64,000 nucleotides of DNA from the human T2T-CHM13v2.0 reference genome, Homo sapiens. This document shows, in pieces, positions 38,722 through 53,788 of the stretch. Location of the stretch: assembly GCF_009914755.1 (NCBI RefSeq), contig NC_060925.1. One strand, 5' to 3'. Position 1 is the stretch's first letter, and each line of letters starts with the position of its first letter. Both the position numbers and the translations under genes were made by a program. A model generated the notes under the pieces. That model ran no database searches. It was given only the letters and a program-made list of their open reading frames with translations, and had not been told where the DNA came from.

Positions 38722-41700
38722 TTTTTTCATTTTTTTAAATTTTAGATGCGGGGGGGTCCCGGGGCATGTTCGTTATATGGGTATATTATGGGATGGTAAG
38801 GTTTGGAATTCTAGTGCATTCTAGTTTGTCTGCATACTCTCTGGTTTCTTTCGTTGTGTGGAAGCTGTTTAGTTACTTAAGTCTCATCAACCAAAATGGT
38901 GAACACTGAACACAATAGGTAATATTTCAACCCTCATCACCCTCCCACCTTCTCCCTTTTTGGAGTCACCAGTGTCTATTATTTTCCTCTGCCCCTTTGT
39001 GTACCCATTGTTTAGATCCCACTTATAAGTGAGAAAATGCAGTACTTGATTTTCTGATTCTGAGTTATTTCATTTGGGATAATAGTCTCCTGTTCCATCT
39101 GTGTTGCTTTTTAGGGCAGGCTTTTATACCTTTTTATAGCTGTATAGTATTCCATAGTGTACATAAACCACATTTTGTTTATCCAATCATCCTTTGATGT
39201 ACACTTACATTGATTCCATGATTTTGCCCTTGCGAGTAATGAATAGAGCTGTGATAAGAATATGAATGTAGACATCTTTTTCATATAACAATTTCTTTTC
39301 CTTTTGGTAAGTATCCAGTAGTGAGTGTGCTAAGTCATATGGTAGCACTATTTTTAGTTCTTTGAGAAATCTCCATAATGTTTGCCATAGTGGTTGTACA
39401 AATTTACCTTCCCATACACAGTGTATAAGTTTTCCCTTTTTTCCCACCTCCTCATTAATATCTGTTGATTCTTGACTCTTTCATCATAGCCAATCTGACT
39501 AATGTGAGATGGTATCTCAATGTGGTTTTAATTTTCATTTCACTGGTGATTAGTGATGTTAACTCATTTTTCATGTTTGTTGACTGCTTCTATGCCTTTA
39601 TTTGAGAAGTGTGTGTTCACATCCTTTGCTCACTTTTTAAAGGGATTAATTTTTTTCACTTCTTTGTTTAAGTGTTTTATAGAGCCTGGATATTAGTCCT
39701 TTGTCAGATATATAGTTTGCAAATATTTTCTCCCATTCCATTAGTTTTGTCTGTATACTCTGGTTTCTTTTGTTGTGTGGAAGCTCTTTAGTTACTTAAG
39801 TCCCATTTGTCTATCTCTGTCTTTATGGCATTTGCTTTTGATGTCGTAGTTATTAATTCTTTGCTTAGACTAATGTCCAGAAGAAAATTCTTTAGATTTC
39901 CTTCTAGGATTTTTATAGTTTCAGGTCTTACATTAAAGTTTGTAACCCATCTTGAGTTAATTTGTATATGCTGAGAGATAAGGGTCCAGTTTTATTCTTC
40001 TGAATGTGACTAACCAATTTTCCAAGAACCATTTATTGAATAGAGAGTGTCCTTTTCCTGTTGTTTATTTGTATTGACTTCATCAACGATCAGTTGGTGG
40101 TAGGTTTGTGCCCTTATTTCTGGGTTCTTTATTCTGTTCCATTGATCTACATGTTTATTTTTGTACTGCACCATGCTCTTTTGTTTGCTGTAGCTTTGTA
40201 GTATAGTTTGAAGTCTGGTAATGTGATGCTTCTGGAGTTCTTCTTGCTTATAATTTGTTTGGCTATCCTGGCTCTTTTTTGGTTCTATAAGAATTTTAAA
40301 ATTTTGTTTTTCTAATCCTGTGAAAAATGATGTTGGTAATTTGATAGATATTTCACTGAATCTGTAAACTGCTTTGAGCAGTATGGTCATTTTAACAATA
40401 TTGATTCATCCAATCCATGGGCATAGGATGATTTTCCATTAGTTTGTGTCATCTATGATTTCTTTCAATAATGTTTTATAATTATCTTTGTAGATATAAT
40501 ACAAAAATAGTATACCTCCTTGTTTAAATGTATTCTTAGATTTTTTTGTGTGTGGTTATTATAAATAAAATTAAATTCTTGATTTGCTTCTCAGCTTGAG
40601 TGTTGTTGGAGTATAGAAATTCAATTGATTTTTCTATGTTAATTTTGTATCCTGAAACTTTATGAAAGTTGTTTATCAAGTCTAAGGATATTTTGTTTAC
40701 TCTTTAGGGTTTTCTAGCTATCAGATCATTTCATTAGCAAACAGAGATAAATCGACTTTCTCATCTCTAATTTGGATGCATTTTATTTCTTTCTCTTGCC
40801 TAATTACTCTAGCTTGGACTTCTGGTACTATCTTGAATAGGAGTGATGAGGTTGAGCATCTTTGTCTTGTTTGAGTTCTTAGGTAGAATGGCTAAATTTT
40901 TCCCTATTCGTTATGTTGTTGGCTGTGGGTTTGTCATAGATGTCTCTCATTTTGAGACATGTTCCTTTGATGACTAGTTTGTTGAGGGTTTTATTATGAT
41001 GTTGGATTTTATTGAACACTTTTTTCTACATCTATTGATATGATCATATGGATTTCCTTTTAATTATGCTTATGTAGTGAGCCTCATTGGTTGATTTACA
41101 CATATTAATGCATCCTTGAATCTTTGAAACAATACACACTCGATTTTGATGAATTATCTTCTTGATGTGCTGCTGGTTTCAGTTTGCTAGGCTTTTGGTG
41201 AGAAGTTTTACTTGTAAGTTCATCAGGAATATTGACCTTTAGTTTTCTTTTTGTTGTGTCCTTGCTAGCTTTTGTTATCAAGATGATACTGGTTTCATTA
41301 AGTGAGTTAGAGAAGATTCCCTACTCCTTGATATTTTGAAACACTTTTAGTAAGATTGCTAAATGGACTAATATATGTGATATATCTTTTTCTGCCCATT
41401 TACCTTCAGCCTGTGGGTGTCTTTACATATAAAATTGGTCTCTAGAAGGCAGCGGATTCTTGGGTCTTTTTTTTCATCCAATTTTTAATATATATCTTCT
41501 AAGTGAAGCATTTAGACAGTTTATGTTCAAGATCAATATTGATATGTGAGGTTTTGTTCCCGTCATAGTGTTGTTAGCTAGTTTATTTGTGGTCTCAATG
41601 GTGTAACTGATTTGGAGGATCTGTGAACTTTGTGGTATGTACTTTCATGGTAGTGAATATTGTTCTTTCATTTCCAGATTGAAAACTTCTTTGGACATTT

Positions 41701-44220
41701 TTTGTAGGTCTGGTCTAGTGGTGACACTTTTTCTGTGCATTTGCCTATCTGGGAAAGACTTAATTTCTCCTGTTTATGAAGTTTAGTTTGACAGGATATG
41801 AAATTCCTGGCTGACACTTTGTATTCTTTAAAAATGTTAAAAATAGGCCCTTAATCTCTTCTGTCTTGTAAGGTTTCTGCTGAGAAGTCTTCTGTTAGTC
41901 AGATGGTTTTCTTTTATAGGTGATTTGACAGTTTTCTTCAGACGCCTTTAAGTTTTTTTTTTTTTGCATTGATCTTGGATAGTCTGATTACTATATGTCT
42001 TGGTGATGCTCATGTTGTATATTATCTTGCATTTGTTCAATGGGTTATTTTGTATGTGGATACTTACCATTTTTGTAAGATCTAAGATATTTTTTCTGAA
42101 TTAATCCCTCAAAAACTTTTCAAAGTTGATTTTTTTTCATTTTCCTTGTGAAGAATGCCTATAATCTGTAGGTCTGATCAGTTTATATAATCCCATATTT
42201 CTGAGGCTTTGTGTGTTTTTTAAGTTCTTTTTTTTTTATTTTTATCTGACTGGGTTAATTGAAAAGAATGACCTTCAAGGTCTGAATTCTTTCTTATGTT
42301 TGGGCTCATCTATGTTAAAGCTGTCAACTGTATTTTGAAACTTCTTATTGAATTTTTCATTTCTGGAAGTTCTGTTTGGAATTTTTTAAATTATAGCTAT
42401 CTTATCATTCGTACTCTGATTTTTTTTCTTGTTTATGTTGACTTAATATTTTTCTTCAGGTCTCATTGAACATCCTGACAATCCACATTTTGGAATATTT
42501 TTCTGTGACTTCAGAAATTTAATTTTGGTTAGCATCCATTGCTAGAAAGCTAGTGCAATCCTTTTGAGGTGTCAAAACACTCTGTCTCATTGTACTGCCA
42601 GATTTCTTGCTTTGATTCCTTCTCATGTGAAGGAGCTGTTGCTTCTTATTTTTGAATTTGCTACCATGTGGATGACATTTTTTTTTATTTTGTATTATTT
42701 TATTCCTTGATAGTATGACCGTAGTGTGTGTTGTGTATGATTATTTGGCTTCATTTCTGAGTGCCTTCACAGGGTTAAGGCTCTGTATTGGTTCCTTGGT
42801 TATACACAGTTTTTATGTGGTGGCTTTCTCTAATGCTGCTTGTTGTAGAGGTATATTGGGCATATAAGCTGACACACTATCTTCTGTGGGGCATGAAGAA
42901 CAGAAGTCTCAGGAAGTTTATCATATATACTAGCCTTAAGCTGTTCTGACAACAGTTTTTAAAAATTTAGTGGGGTAGTTCAGTCTTCAGTTCAGTAGGC
43001 AGTGGTTAAAAGTATGAGTTACCTTGCCTTCCAATTTCCTGATGCTGTGTTGAGGAGCTTTCCCTGAAGAGGAGCTTCAAGAGGAGCTTGTGTTGGGATG
43101 TGCTGAGGCTTCAGTCGTAGAGGTGGAGGGGGCTACAGGGCTCATGACCTTCAGTTCATAAAGACATTATCCTTTGGCTCCTGGTTACAGTGTGACTTAG
43201 GTCTGTGAAAATGTCTCTCTAGTGGCTACCCCCAAAATGGCCCTAGGGCAGAACTTCTTCCCCCAGTTCATTGCAGATAGCTCTGAAGCTTGTTTGCCCT
43301 CTCTTGTAGGATGCTGACACTCTGTGTAGGGAGGGAGAGATGTTCCCTGCCCTTCTTGCTAGCATGAAGAGCATGGGCTTAATTTCAACAGGGGTGCAGT
43401 TCTTGTGAAAACTACTGGAAAGGCTGTCCCGAAATGCACTTATACCAGTCCCAAGCAGGGAAAGCCTCTGTTGTGTCCATAACAGTGAACTTGGAGAGCA
43501 GGAGATGACCTTTCCACATTCCATTCCCAGGTACAGGTGTGGCCCCCTTCAGTGGTCAGCACCATGCCCATATTTTCTTTGTCCTAAAGGAACTTTAGCA
43601 GACTGCACTGCCTCATTCTCTAGCAGTGACCCACACCAAGGGCTAGATTTTCAGATATCCTTCAGCTCTCCAGGAACCCACCAGTATTTTGTGGTTGCCA
43701 AAATCAGAGTTTATTCTAGGGTGTGTTCACAGGGAATGTGGTACATGCAGCAGCACAACGGCAGAAATTCCCCCAGACAAGGCAGTGTTGTACCATGTGC
43801 ACACAACCAGTGTGGTGCCCATTGTCTCAGTTCATACCTAAGGAGAGTGTGGGTATACCAACATGAGCTAGCCACATAGTGCTGTGTCCCCAAAAACTTC
43901 CTAAATAGCTCTCAACAGTGTTGCTTAGAGTCACAGTGGCAGAGGGACTCCTCCAAAATTTGGCGGTCAACGGTTTTTTGCAGGAGTAAGTGGAGCAGAG
44001 AAGCAGACCCTCCTAACCCTTCAGTGGAACCTTGGGATCAATCACTGCCAGATTCTTGCTGCTTTCCTTTTCTTTGCCCCAGATACTTCCTATAGACTCT
44101 CCAACAGGTCTTTGTTGTCTTTCCTCAGTTCTCCATTTACATAACAACCATTAGTCTGTAACTTTGATCTTCTTTCTGAAGAGAATTGTTAAACAATATA
44201 CCTACTCAGCCATCTTGAAA
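38722..44220 (-). mobile_element. Near full-length L1PB with internal deletion of the ORF2 endonuclease/linker region
   Basis: 3' UTR at 38722-39100. ORF2 remnants (ORF 40010-40390: [30 protein letters not shown]). Jump to ORF1 at ~41360. GC-richer 5' UTR ending in 'ctcagccatcttgaaa' (sense caagatggctga). Confidence 0.92.
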
Positions 44221-44526
44221 ATAATTTTTAAAAAAACTTTAATATAAGTAAAATAAATGATCAATACTGTTTTCATCTTATTTAACCTATTAGAAGAAAT
44301 TTAAAATTGAGTAATGCTTTTTCCTTGATATACTTTCTTCATTTAGTTTCTTGAACATCACTTTCTCTTTGTTTTCTTTCTATTAAAAATGTTTGTAAAG
44401 AAATCAGACTAATTCTCTGGTTCCTCCTCTTCTTTCCAACCTGTTAATATTGAAACATTTTAAGAAGTCTTTGATCCTTCTTTCTTTTTCCATTCCCTTG
44501 TCAATCTCATCCAGTATAATGACTTT

Positions 44527-44855
44527 GCTACTTACCCAGATTCAAACTTCATATGGTGAAGCCCTAGCCTACAATGTGATTGTATTTGGGAAGTATTTAG
44601 GTTTAGATAAGATCATGGGATAGAATTAGTATTCTTATAAGAAGAGAAAATTAAACTAGCACACTCTCCCTCTCCACCGCATGAAAACATGGCAAGGAGA
44701 TTGCCTTCCGAAAGCCAAGAAGAGAATCCTCATCAGGAACTGAATCTGTTGACCTTGATGTTGGATTTTCCAGTCTCTGGACTGTGTGAAATAAATATCT
44801 GTTGTTTATGTCACCCAGTCTGTTTTTTTTAATAGCAGTATAAACTAATTAAGAA
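44527..44855 (+). mobile_element. MLT1A/B-like LTR
   Basis: 'aatgtgattgtatttgg', 'cttataagaagag', 'aagccaagaagagaatcctcatcaggaac', 'gaaataaatatctgttgtttatgtcacccagtct'. Confidence 0.85.
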
Positions 44856-47798
44856 AGTCTATATGGATAACTTTCTCCCTTCTTTGAGTCTTTCCTAAAA
44901 TGTCACCATCTCAATTTGAACTCTTCTCAACACATAACTAAAATTATAATTGTTTTTCCAGCACTGCCAATTCTCTTTATTTGATATACAGTTCACATGC
45001 CATAGCATATGCCACATTTAAATGACTATATAATTTATTTTTTATCTTTATTGCTTATTGTCAATCTCCTGTAATTATAATACTGGATTTAGAATATAAA
45101 GGGTAGGAGTCTTTTCATTTTTAATAACGCATTCCAAGCACTTAGAACTTTGCTTAGAGCATGGTTATAAATAAATATTTGTTAAATACATAATGGTTAA
45201 ATAAACAGGGTTTTTTGCATTATCCCAGATTTTTAAAACATCTATGCATTTTAGAACATTTTACCAGGTTTTCAGATACCAAAGCCTACTGCTTCATATT
45301 TGAGATCTGTAGAATAAACCTTCTTATTCTTAGTTCTAATTTAATATAAACCATTTCTGATATGTGGATGATGTGCAACTGCATTTGAAGTCTACTGTAT
45401 ATAATATAGTTTTGATTACATGTTCAAATTTTAAGAAAGAATGTGTAAAAATAACATACTAAAATATATGCTTGACTATTTCATAATTTAATAATAGCAG
45501 TACATTTTCTGAGGAACTACTGATCCATGCTCAGTTATTTTTTAAAATGCCTATGGGCCAAAATTTATAAATGAGAAAACATTTCATAGCAATTCATAAT
45601 TGGCTTCAAAGATTTTAAAAGAAAATATAAAACACTTTTTAAAAAAGAAAACCACATAAGGTTCATGATGTGAAAATAAATGAGTTATCATTAGCATGAG
45701 ATATAATTTGTGAAGTATTGCTAAACAGGTTGCAACTGAGCTCTAAAAAGGATTGTATCAATGTAAATAAGTCAGGAGTTTTAAAATATTTTATCTTTCA
45801 ACAGTTTGTTAGCTCTGATTTCTTTAAACCTTATTTTGTAATTCTCATTGTAGAGACTTTTCACCTCTGTGGTTAGCTGTATTCCTAGGTATTTTATTCT
45901 TTCTGTGGCCATTGTGAACATGACTGGATTTTTTATTTGGCTCTCAGCTTGGATATTGTTGGTTTATAGAAATGCTACTAATTTTTGTACATTGATCTTG
46001 TATCCTAAAACTTTTCTGAAGTTGTTTGTATATTTAGGAGGTTTTGGGCAGAGACTATGGGGTTTTCTATGTGTAGAAGCATATCATCTGCAAATAAAGG
46101 TAGTTTGACTTCCTCTTTTCCTATTTGAATGCCTTGTATTTCTTTCTCTTGTCTGATTGCTCTGACTATGACTTCCAGTACTATGTTGAATAGGAGTGAT
46201 GAGAGTAGGTAACCTTGTCTTCTTCTAGTTCTCAAGGGGAATGCTTCAAGCTGTTGCCTATTCAGTGTGATGTTGGCTTTGGGTTTGTCATTGATGGCTC
46301 TTATTATTTTGAGTTATGTTCCTTAGATGCCTAGTTTGTCGAGGATTTTTAACATGAAGTGATGTTGTATTTTATCAAAAGCCTTTTTCGCATCTATTGA
46401 GATGATCGTGTCATTTTTGTTTCTAGTTCTGTTTATGTGGTGAATCACATTTGTTGATTTGGGTATGTTGAAACAATCTTGCATTCCAGGAATAAAGCAT
46501 ACATGATTGTGGTGGTATAGCTTTGTGATGTGCTGCGGGATTCAGTTTACTAGTATTTTGTTGAGGATTTTTGCATCTATGTTTATCAAGGCTATTGGCC
46601 TGAAGTTTTCTTTTTGTTGTTATTGTTGTGTCTCTGCCAGATTTTGGTATCAGGATGATGCTGGCCTCATAGAATGAGTTAGATATGAAAAAAACAAATG
46701 GAAAAACATTCCATGCACATGGAAAGGAAGACTCAACATTGCTAAAATGACCATACTGCACAAAGCAGTATACAGATTCAATGCTATTTCTATCAAATTA
46801 CCAATAACATTCTTTACAGAATTAGAAAACAACTACTTTAAATTTCACATGGAAACAAACAAAAAAAGCCTAAATAGCCAAGGCAATCTTAAGCAAAAAA
46901 AACAAAGATGGAGGAATCACATTACCAGACTTCAAACCATACTACAAGTCTACAGTAATCAAAACAGCATGGTACAGGTACAAAAAGAGACACATAGACA
47001 AATGGAAGATGTGTGTACAAACATCTGATCTTTGACAATGTCAACAAAAACAAGCAATGGGGAAATAACTCTTTATTCAATAAATGATGCTGGGATAACT
47101 GGCCAGCCATATGCAGAAGATTGAAACTGGAACCTTTCCTTACACCATATACAAAAGTCAATGGAAGATAGATTAAAGACTTAAATGTAAAACCTAAAAC
47201 TATACAAACCCTGGAAGATAATCTAGGAAATACCATTCTGGACATCAACCCTGGCAAAGATTTCATGATGAAGACACCAAAGCAAATGCAACGAAACAAA
47301 TATTGTCAAATTGGGCCTAATTAAACTAAAGAGCTTACGTACAGCAAAAGAAAAATAAGGAAAAGGAAAGAAAAAAGGGAAAAAAAAAACTCTGTCAACA
47401 GAGTAAACAGACAACCTACAGAATGGGAGAAAGTATTTGTAACCTATGCCTCTGACAAAGGTCTATTATCCAGCATCTCCAATGAACATAAACAAATGTT
47501 CAAGCAAAAAAGAAGCAACCCTATTAAAAAGTGGGCAAAGAACTTGAACAAACACTTTTCAAAGAAGAAATACATAAGGCCAACAAAGATATGAAAAAAA
47601 GCTCAATACCACTAATCATTAGAGAAATGTAAATCAAAACCACAATGAGATAACCATCTCATCTCCCACTACACAGAATGGCTATTATTTAAAAAGTTTA
47701 AAAAAAAAAAAGATGAGATTTCTCAAAGAACTTAAAACAGAATTACCATTTGACCCAGCAATCCCATTATTGGGTATATATCCAAAGGAATATAAATT

Positions 47799-48219
<421 letters not shown>

Positions 48220-48552
48220 CTAATGCCTATCAACAGTAGACTGTATAAAGTCTGTACATATGCAACACGGAATATTACACAGCCATACAAAACGACAAGA
48301 TCATGTCCTTTGTAGCAACATGTATGGAAATGGAGGCCATTATCCTAAGCAGATTAGTGCAGGAAAGGAAGACCAAATACCACACGTTTTTATTAAAAAA
48401 TATGAGCTAAATATTGAGTACATGAATTCAAAAAAGGAAACAGCTGACACTGAGGCCTACTTGAGGGGGGAACAGAGGAGGGAGATGGTAAAAACTACCT
48501 ATTAGCTACTATGCTTATTACCCGATGACAAAAAAAAAAAAATCTGTAAACT

Positions 48553-48871
<319 letters not shown>

Positions 48872-50347
48872 TTACCTATATAACAAACTTGCTCATAGAC
48901 CCCTGAACCTAAAATAAAGTGGGAAAACAAAACAAAAGTTTGTAATAAAATATTCATTCTTTTATAAAGAACATTAAAGAAACACAATTTTATTTTGTTT
49001 CTTAAGTACTCCCACTGTTTTATAATTTACACAATAGTAAACTTTAAATTCAATAGGATGTTTTCTCTAACCTCAGTAGTAATCCGGATTTAGATTGATT
49101 CTATTTTGGATTATATTGACAATTTAATTCTAGTTCTAGTAATACTTTCCCTGTATCCCATCCTCCATAAATGACAGCAGCTAATAAAAAATAGCATTTA
49201 TTAGAACATCTAGAGTCAATATTTACACTTTATTATACTTATCATATGTATGTTTGTTTGTGTCTGCCTTTTTAAAAATCTTTTTAAAATTAATAAAATT
49301 TGTTTTTAGAGCAGTTTTAGAATTACAGCCAAAAATTAAGCAAAAGGTGCGGTGAGTTTCTTACCATCCCTATTCCCCCACACACAACTTCCCTAACTAT
49401 CAACATCTTATAACGAAAGGGTACATTTATTACAATCATTGAACCTACATTGAGACAATATTATGATCCAGAGTTTATAGTTTACCTTAGGGTTACCTCT
49501 TGGTGTTGTACAATACAGCGCTAAGAGCTTTTGTACGTATTTTGTTAGATTTATATCAATGTGTTTCATTTTGGGGATGTTAATATAAATAGTAGTGCAT
49601 TTTTAGCTTAAAATGCCACTTTTTTATTGTTGGTATATAGGAACGTGATTGGCATTTGGAGAAATGTACAATGAATGACACGTATCCACCATTTCAGTAT
49701 CATACTGAATAGTTTCACTGCCTAAAAATTGTGCTTTGCCTATTCATCTCATTATTTTCTCTAATCCCTGGCAATCACTGATCTGTTTACTGTTTCCATA
49801 GTTTTGCCTTTTGCAGAATGTCAGATAGTTGAAATTGAACAAATGCAGCCTTTCCAGATTGTCTTCTATCATACAGTAATATAAATTTAAAGTCCCTCCA
49901 TGTGTTTTCATGGCTTGATAATACGTTTTTAAGCACTAAAAAATATTCCAATGTCTGCGTGCACCACAGTTTGTTTATCCATTCACCCACTGAAGAGCAT
50001 TTCAGTTGCTTCCAAGTTTTAGCAATTATGATTAAATTTGCTATGCACATATGTGTGCAGGTTTTTGTGTAGACATTATTATCAACTTCTTTGGGTAAAT
50101 ACCAAGAAGTGCATTTGCTACATCATATGGTAGAAGTATGTTTAGTTTTGTAAGAAATTGCCAAATTGTCTTTCAAAGTGTCCACTTTGCATTCCCATCA
50201 GCAATGAATGAGACCTTCTGTTGCTCCACATCCTAGCCAGCATTTAGTGTTGTCTTCTTTTTAGGTTTTGGCCATTCTAATGGATATAGAGTAGTATCTC
50301 ATTATTATTTAAATTTGTAATTACCTAATTACATATGGTGTTGAACA

Positions 50348-50487
50348 ACTTTAAAAAAATAAAACTTATTTTAGGTTCAGGAGTACACATGCAGATTTGT
50401 TATATAGATAAATTTTGTGTTGCAGAGTTTTGGTATACAGATTATTTAGTCACCCAGATAATAAGCATAGTACCAAATAGTCAGTTT
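50348..50487 (-). mobile_element. Very short L1PA13-16 3' end
   Basis: 'ttttaggttcaggagtacacatgcagatttgttatatag...gtcacccagataataagcatagtacc'. Confidence 0.85.
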
Positions 50488-51687
50488 CTTGTTCACTCTG
50501 TGTGTATCTTCTTCAGTACAGTGTCTCTTAAAGGTTTTGGACTTATTTTAATGGGGTTGTTAATTTTCTTATTGTTAAGTTTTAAGAAAGTTTTATATTT
50601 TGGAAAGCATTTTTTTATCAGATATGTATTTTGCAAATCCTCTCCCCAAGTCTGTGGCTTGTCTTTTCATTATCTTGTTATTGTCTTTCATAGAGAAGAA
50701 GTTTCTAATTTTCCTTAAGTATAAGTTATCAATAAAACTTCTTTCATAGATAATTTGTTTGGTGTTATATCTAAAGTCATTGCCATACCCAGAGTCATGT
50801 AGGTTTTCTCCTGTACTATCTTCTAGGTGTTTTATATTTTTTGAGATTACATATAGGCCTATGATGCATTTCAAGTTAATATTTGTGAAGGGCTTAAGAT
50901 CTGTGTCTAGCTTCACTTTTTTTCATGTAGATGTCCAGTTCTAGCAAAATGTGTTGATAAGATTATCTTGTCTTCAGTGTTTTCCCATTTTTTGTCAAGA
51001 TATCAAATTTATGTGCATATATTTCTAGACATTTTACTCTGTATCATTTATATATTTGTTTATTCCTTTGCCAATAGCTCACTGTCTTAATTATTGTGTT
51101 TTATAGTAAGTCTTGAATTAGGGTAGTGTTAGTCCTTGGCTTTGTTATTCTCCTTCAATATTGAATGGACTTTTCTGGGTCATGTACTTCTCCATATAAA
51201 CATTAGAATCAATCAGTCTTTCAACATCTACAAAATAAGTTGGCGGAATTTTTATTAGGATTGCGTTGAATTGATACATCAGTTAGAAAGAATTGATCAA
51301 ATATTAACTCTTGTTATCAATAAACAATCTATTAATTCAGTTCTTCTTTGATTTTTTTCATCAGAGATGTGTAGTTTTCTTCATACAGATCTTGTGCACA
51401 TATTATTAGACTTATGTCAATGTATTTTATTTTTGAGGTGTTCAAATAAATTATGATGTATTTTTAAGTTAAAATTCTACTTCATTATTGTTGGTATATA
51501 GGAAAGTTATTGACATTTGCATATTATCATTGCAGCCTGCAAACAGTATAATTGCTTATTAATCTGAGAGTTTTTATGCTGATTCTTTCAGATTTTTTAT
51601 ACCGATGATCATGTCATTACAGAAAAAAAGACAAATCTATTTTTTCTTCCCAACCTGCATTCCTTTTATTTCCTTTCCTTGTCTTAT

Positions 51688-52339
51688 TGTAATAGTGTCA
51701 TTGTCTGGGATGATACCTGAGGTTCATTTTCTCATGGCCATGAAGATCAAGGACATGGACACGCAAGAGTGAGACGAGGAGTAGTAGTTTAATAGGCAAA
51801 AGAAAGAGACTAGCTCTCTGCTGCAGAGAGGGGTCCCGGAAAAATAGGTTGCTGGATCCGCAGTGAAATGCAGGGCATTTTATACATGAGCTGGTGAGGA
51901 GGTGGTGCCTGATTATACAAGGTGCAAAAAACTGGTTGGACCAGGTGTGCCATTTACATAGAGCATGAATCTCTGGTAGCCTCTGACCTAATCTTTTATT
52001 ATGCAGGTGGATTCTCTGTGCTAGCTGCACCATGCTGTTGTCCATTTCTTTCTTACTGTACATGTGGTAACAAAAAAGGGAAGATGGAGCCTTCATGTTG
52101 GGCATGACTGGCCCCCACTGATTTCTGCTAATTTGATTTAGCCCTTTCTATTGGCACAGCTGCCGGCATTCCCACGTGCAAGCTCCAGCTTCCTTATCTA
52201 TGTTTGCAGCTCAGTTTTTCAGGCTGCTCCTTGTTAGAAAAGAAATGATTTTGGGGGATGCCTTTTGGTAGTAAAGAAATTCTGCTGAGGACTTTATTGC
52301 CCTATCTGGCTAAATAATTTATTTCCACCTCCTGTATTA
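51688..52339 (-). mobile_element. MER50 solo LTR (ERV1)
   Basis: Antisense 'ctattggcacagctgccggcattc...gtgcaagcttccagctt...ttttcaggctgctc'. 4-bp TSD ttat at 51684-51687 and 52340-52343. Confidence 0.88.
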
Positions 52340-53464
52340 TTATTACATTAAGTAGGACTTTCGGTATAATATTAAAAAGCAGTGGTGAGTGGGCACATCC
52401 TTGCTTGGTCCCATCTTAGCAAGAAAGCTTCTGGCTCCTCACCTTTGAGTATGATGTTGGAAGTGGTTTTTAGATGATATTTATCAAGTTGAGTAAGTAT
52501 CTTTCTCTTTCTAGTTTGCTAAAAGTTTTTGTTTAAAATGAGATTTAGATTTTGTCAATTGCTTTTTTGCATTTATTAATATGATCCTGTAATTTTTATT
52601 CTTTAGCTTGCTGATATGATGAATTGCATTAATTGATATTCAAGTGTTAAATAAGCCTTGCATAGCTGAGATAAATCTCATTTGTTATTGTAACTCTTTT
52701 TGTACATTGTTAAATTTGATTTGCTAATATTTTGTTGAAGAGTTTTGCATCTATGCTCCTTAGAAACATTAAAACATAGTTTTAATTTCTTATAATGATT
52801 TTGTCTGCTTTTGCTTTTTCACAATGCTGGCCTCATAGAATGAGTTAGAAAGTATTCCTCTGCTTCTATGTCCTGAAGGAGTTTGTATAAAATGTTATAA
52901 TTTATTTTTTTTAATTTGTGGTAGGATTAACCAGTGAAACTATTTGGACAATGTACATTCTCTTTTGCAAGGTTATTAATTACTCATGCAATTTCTTTAA
53001 TAATAAAGATCTATTCAAATTGTCTATTTCTTTTTCTGTGAATTTTAGCAGATTGTGTATTTCAAGTAATTAGTCTATTTTTTCTACGTAGTCAAATTTG
53101 TGGGCATAGAATTGTACATAAATTCCTGTATTATCCATTGAATGTCTGTAAGATCCATAGTGATGTCTCATCATTCATTTCTGATATTAGCAATTTCTGT
53201 CTTTTTTTCTGACACTAGTTTATTTCTTTATTTTCCTTGTTTATTTATTTTCCTTTCCTCACTTCATATTTAATTTAGCTTACTTTTTCTAGTTTCTTAA
53301 AGCAGAAGTTTAAATGGTTGCTTTTAGATCTTTCTTATTTTCTAATGTATGCATCCAATGTTATAGATTTCACTGTAAGCATGGCTTTTATTACATCCCA
53401 CAAATTTCATAAGTTGTACTTTTATTTCTAGTTAGTTAAATATTTTAGAAATTTGGCTTTTTTA

Positions 53465-53788
<324 letters not shown>

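Larger units (their letters stand above)
38620..45195 (+). mobile_element. L2 remnant (pieces ~38620-38720, ~44235-44530, ~44860-45195) split by L1PB and MLT1A
   Basis: 'ctgctattttcaaaatcaccagt' resumes after the L1 as 'atgatcaatactgttttcatcttatttaacc'. The L2 3' terminus is 'aataaatatttgttaaat' near 45170. Confidence 0.65.
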
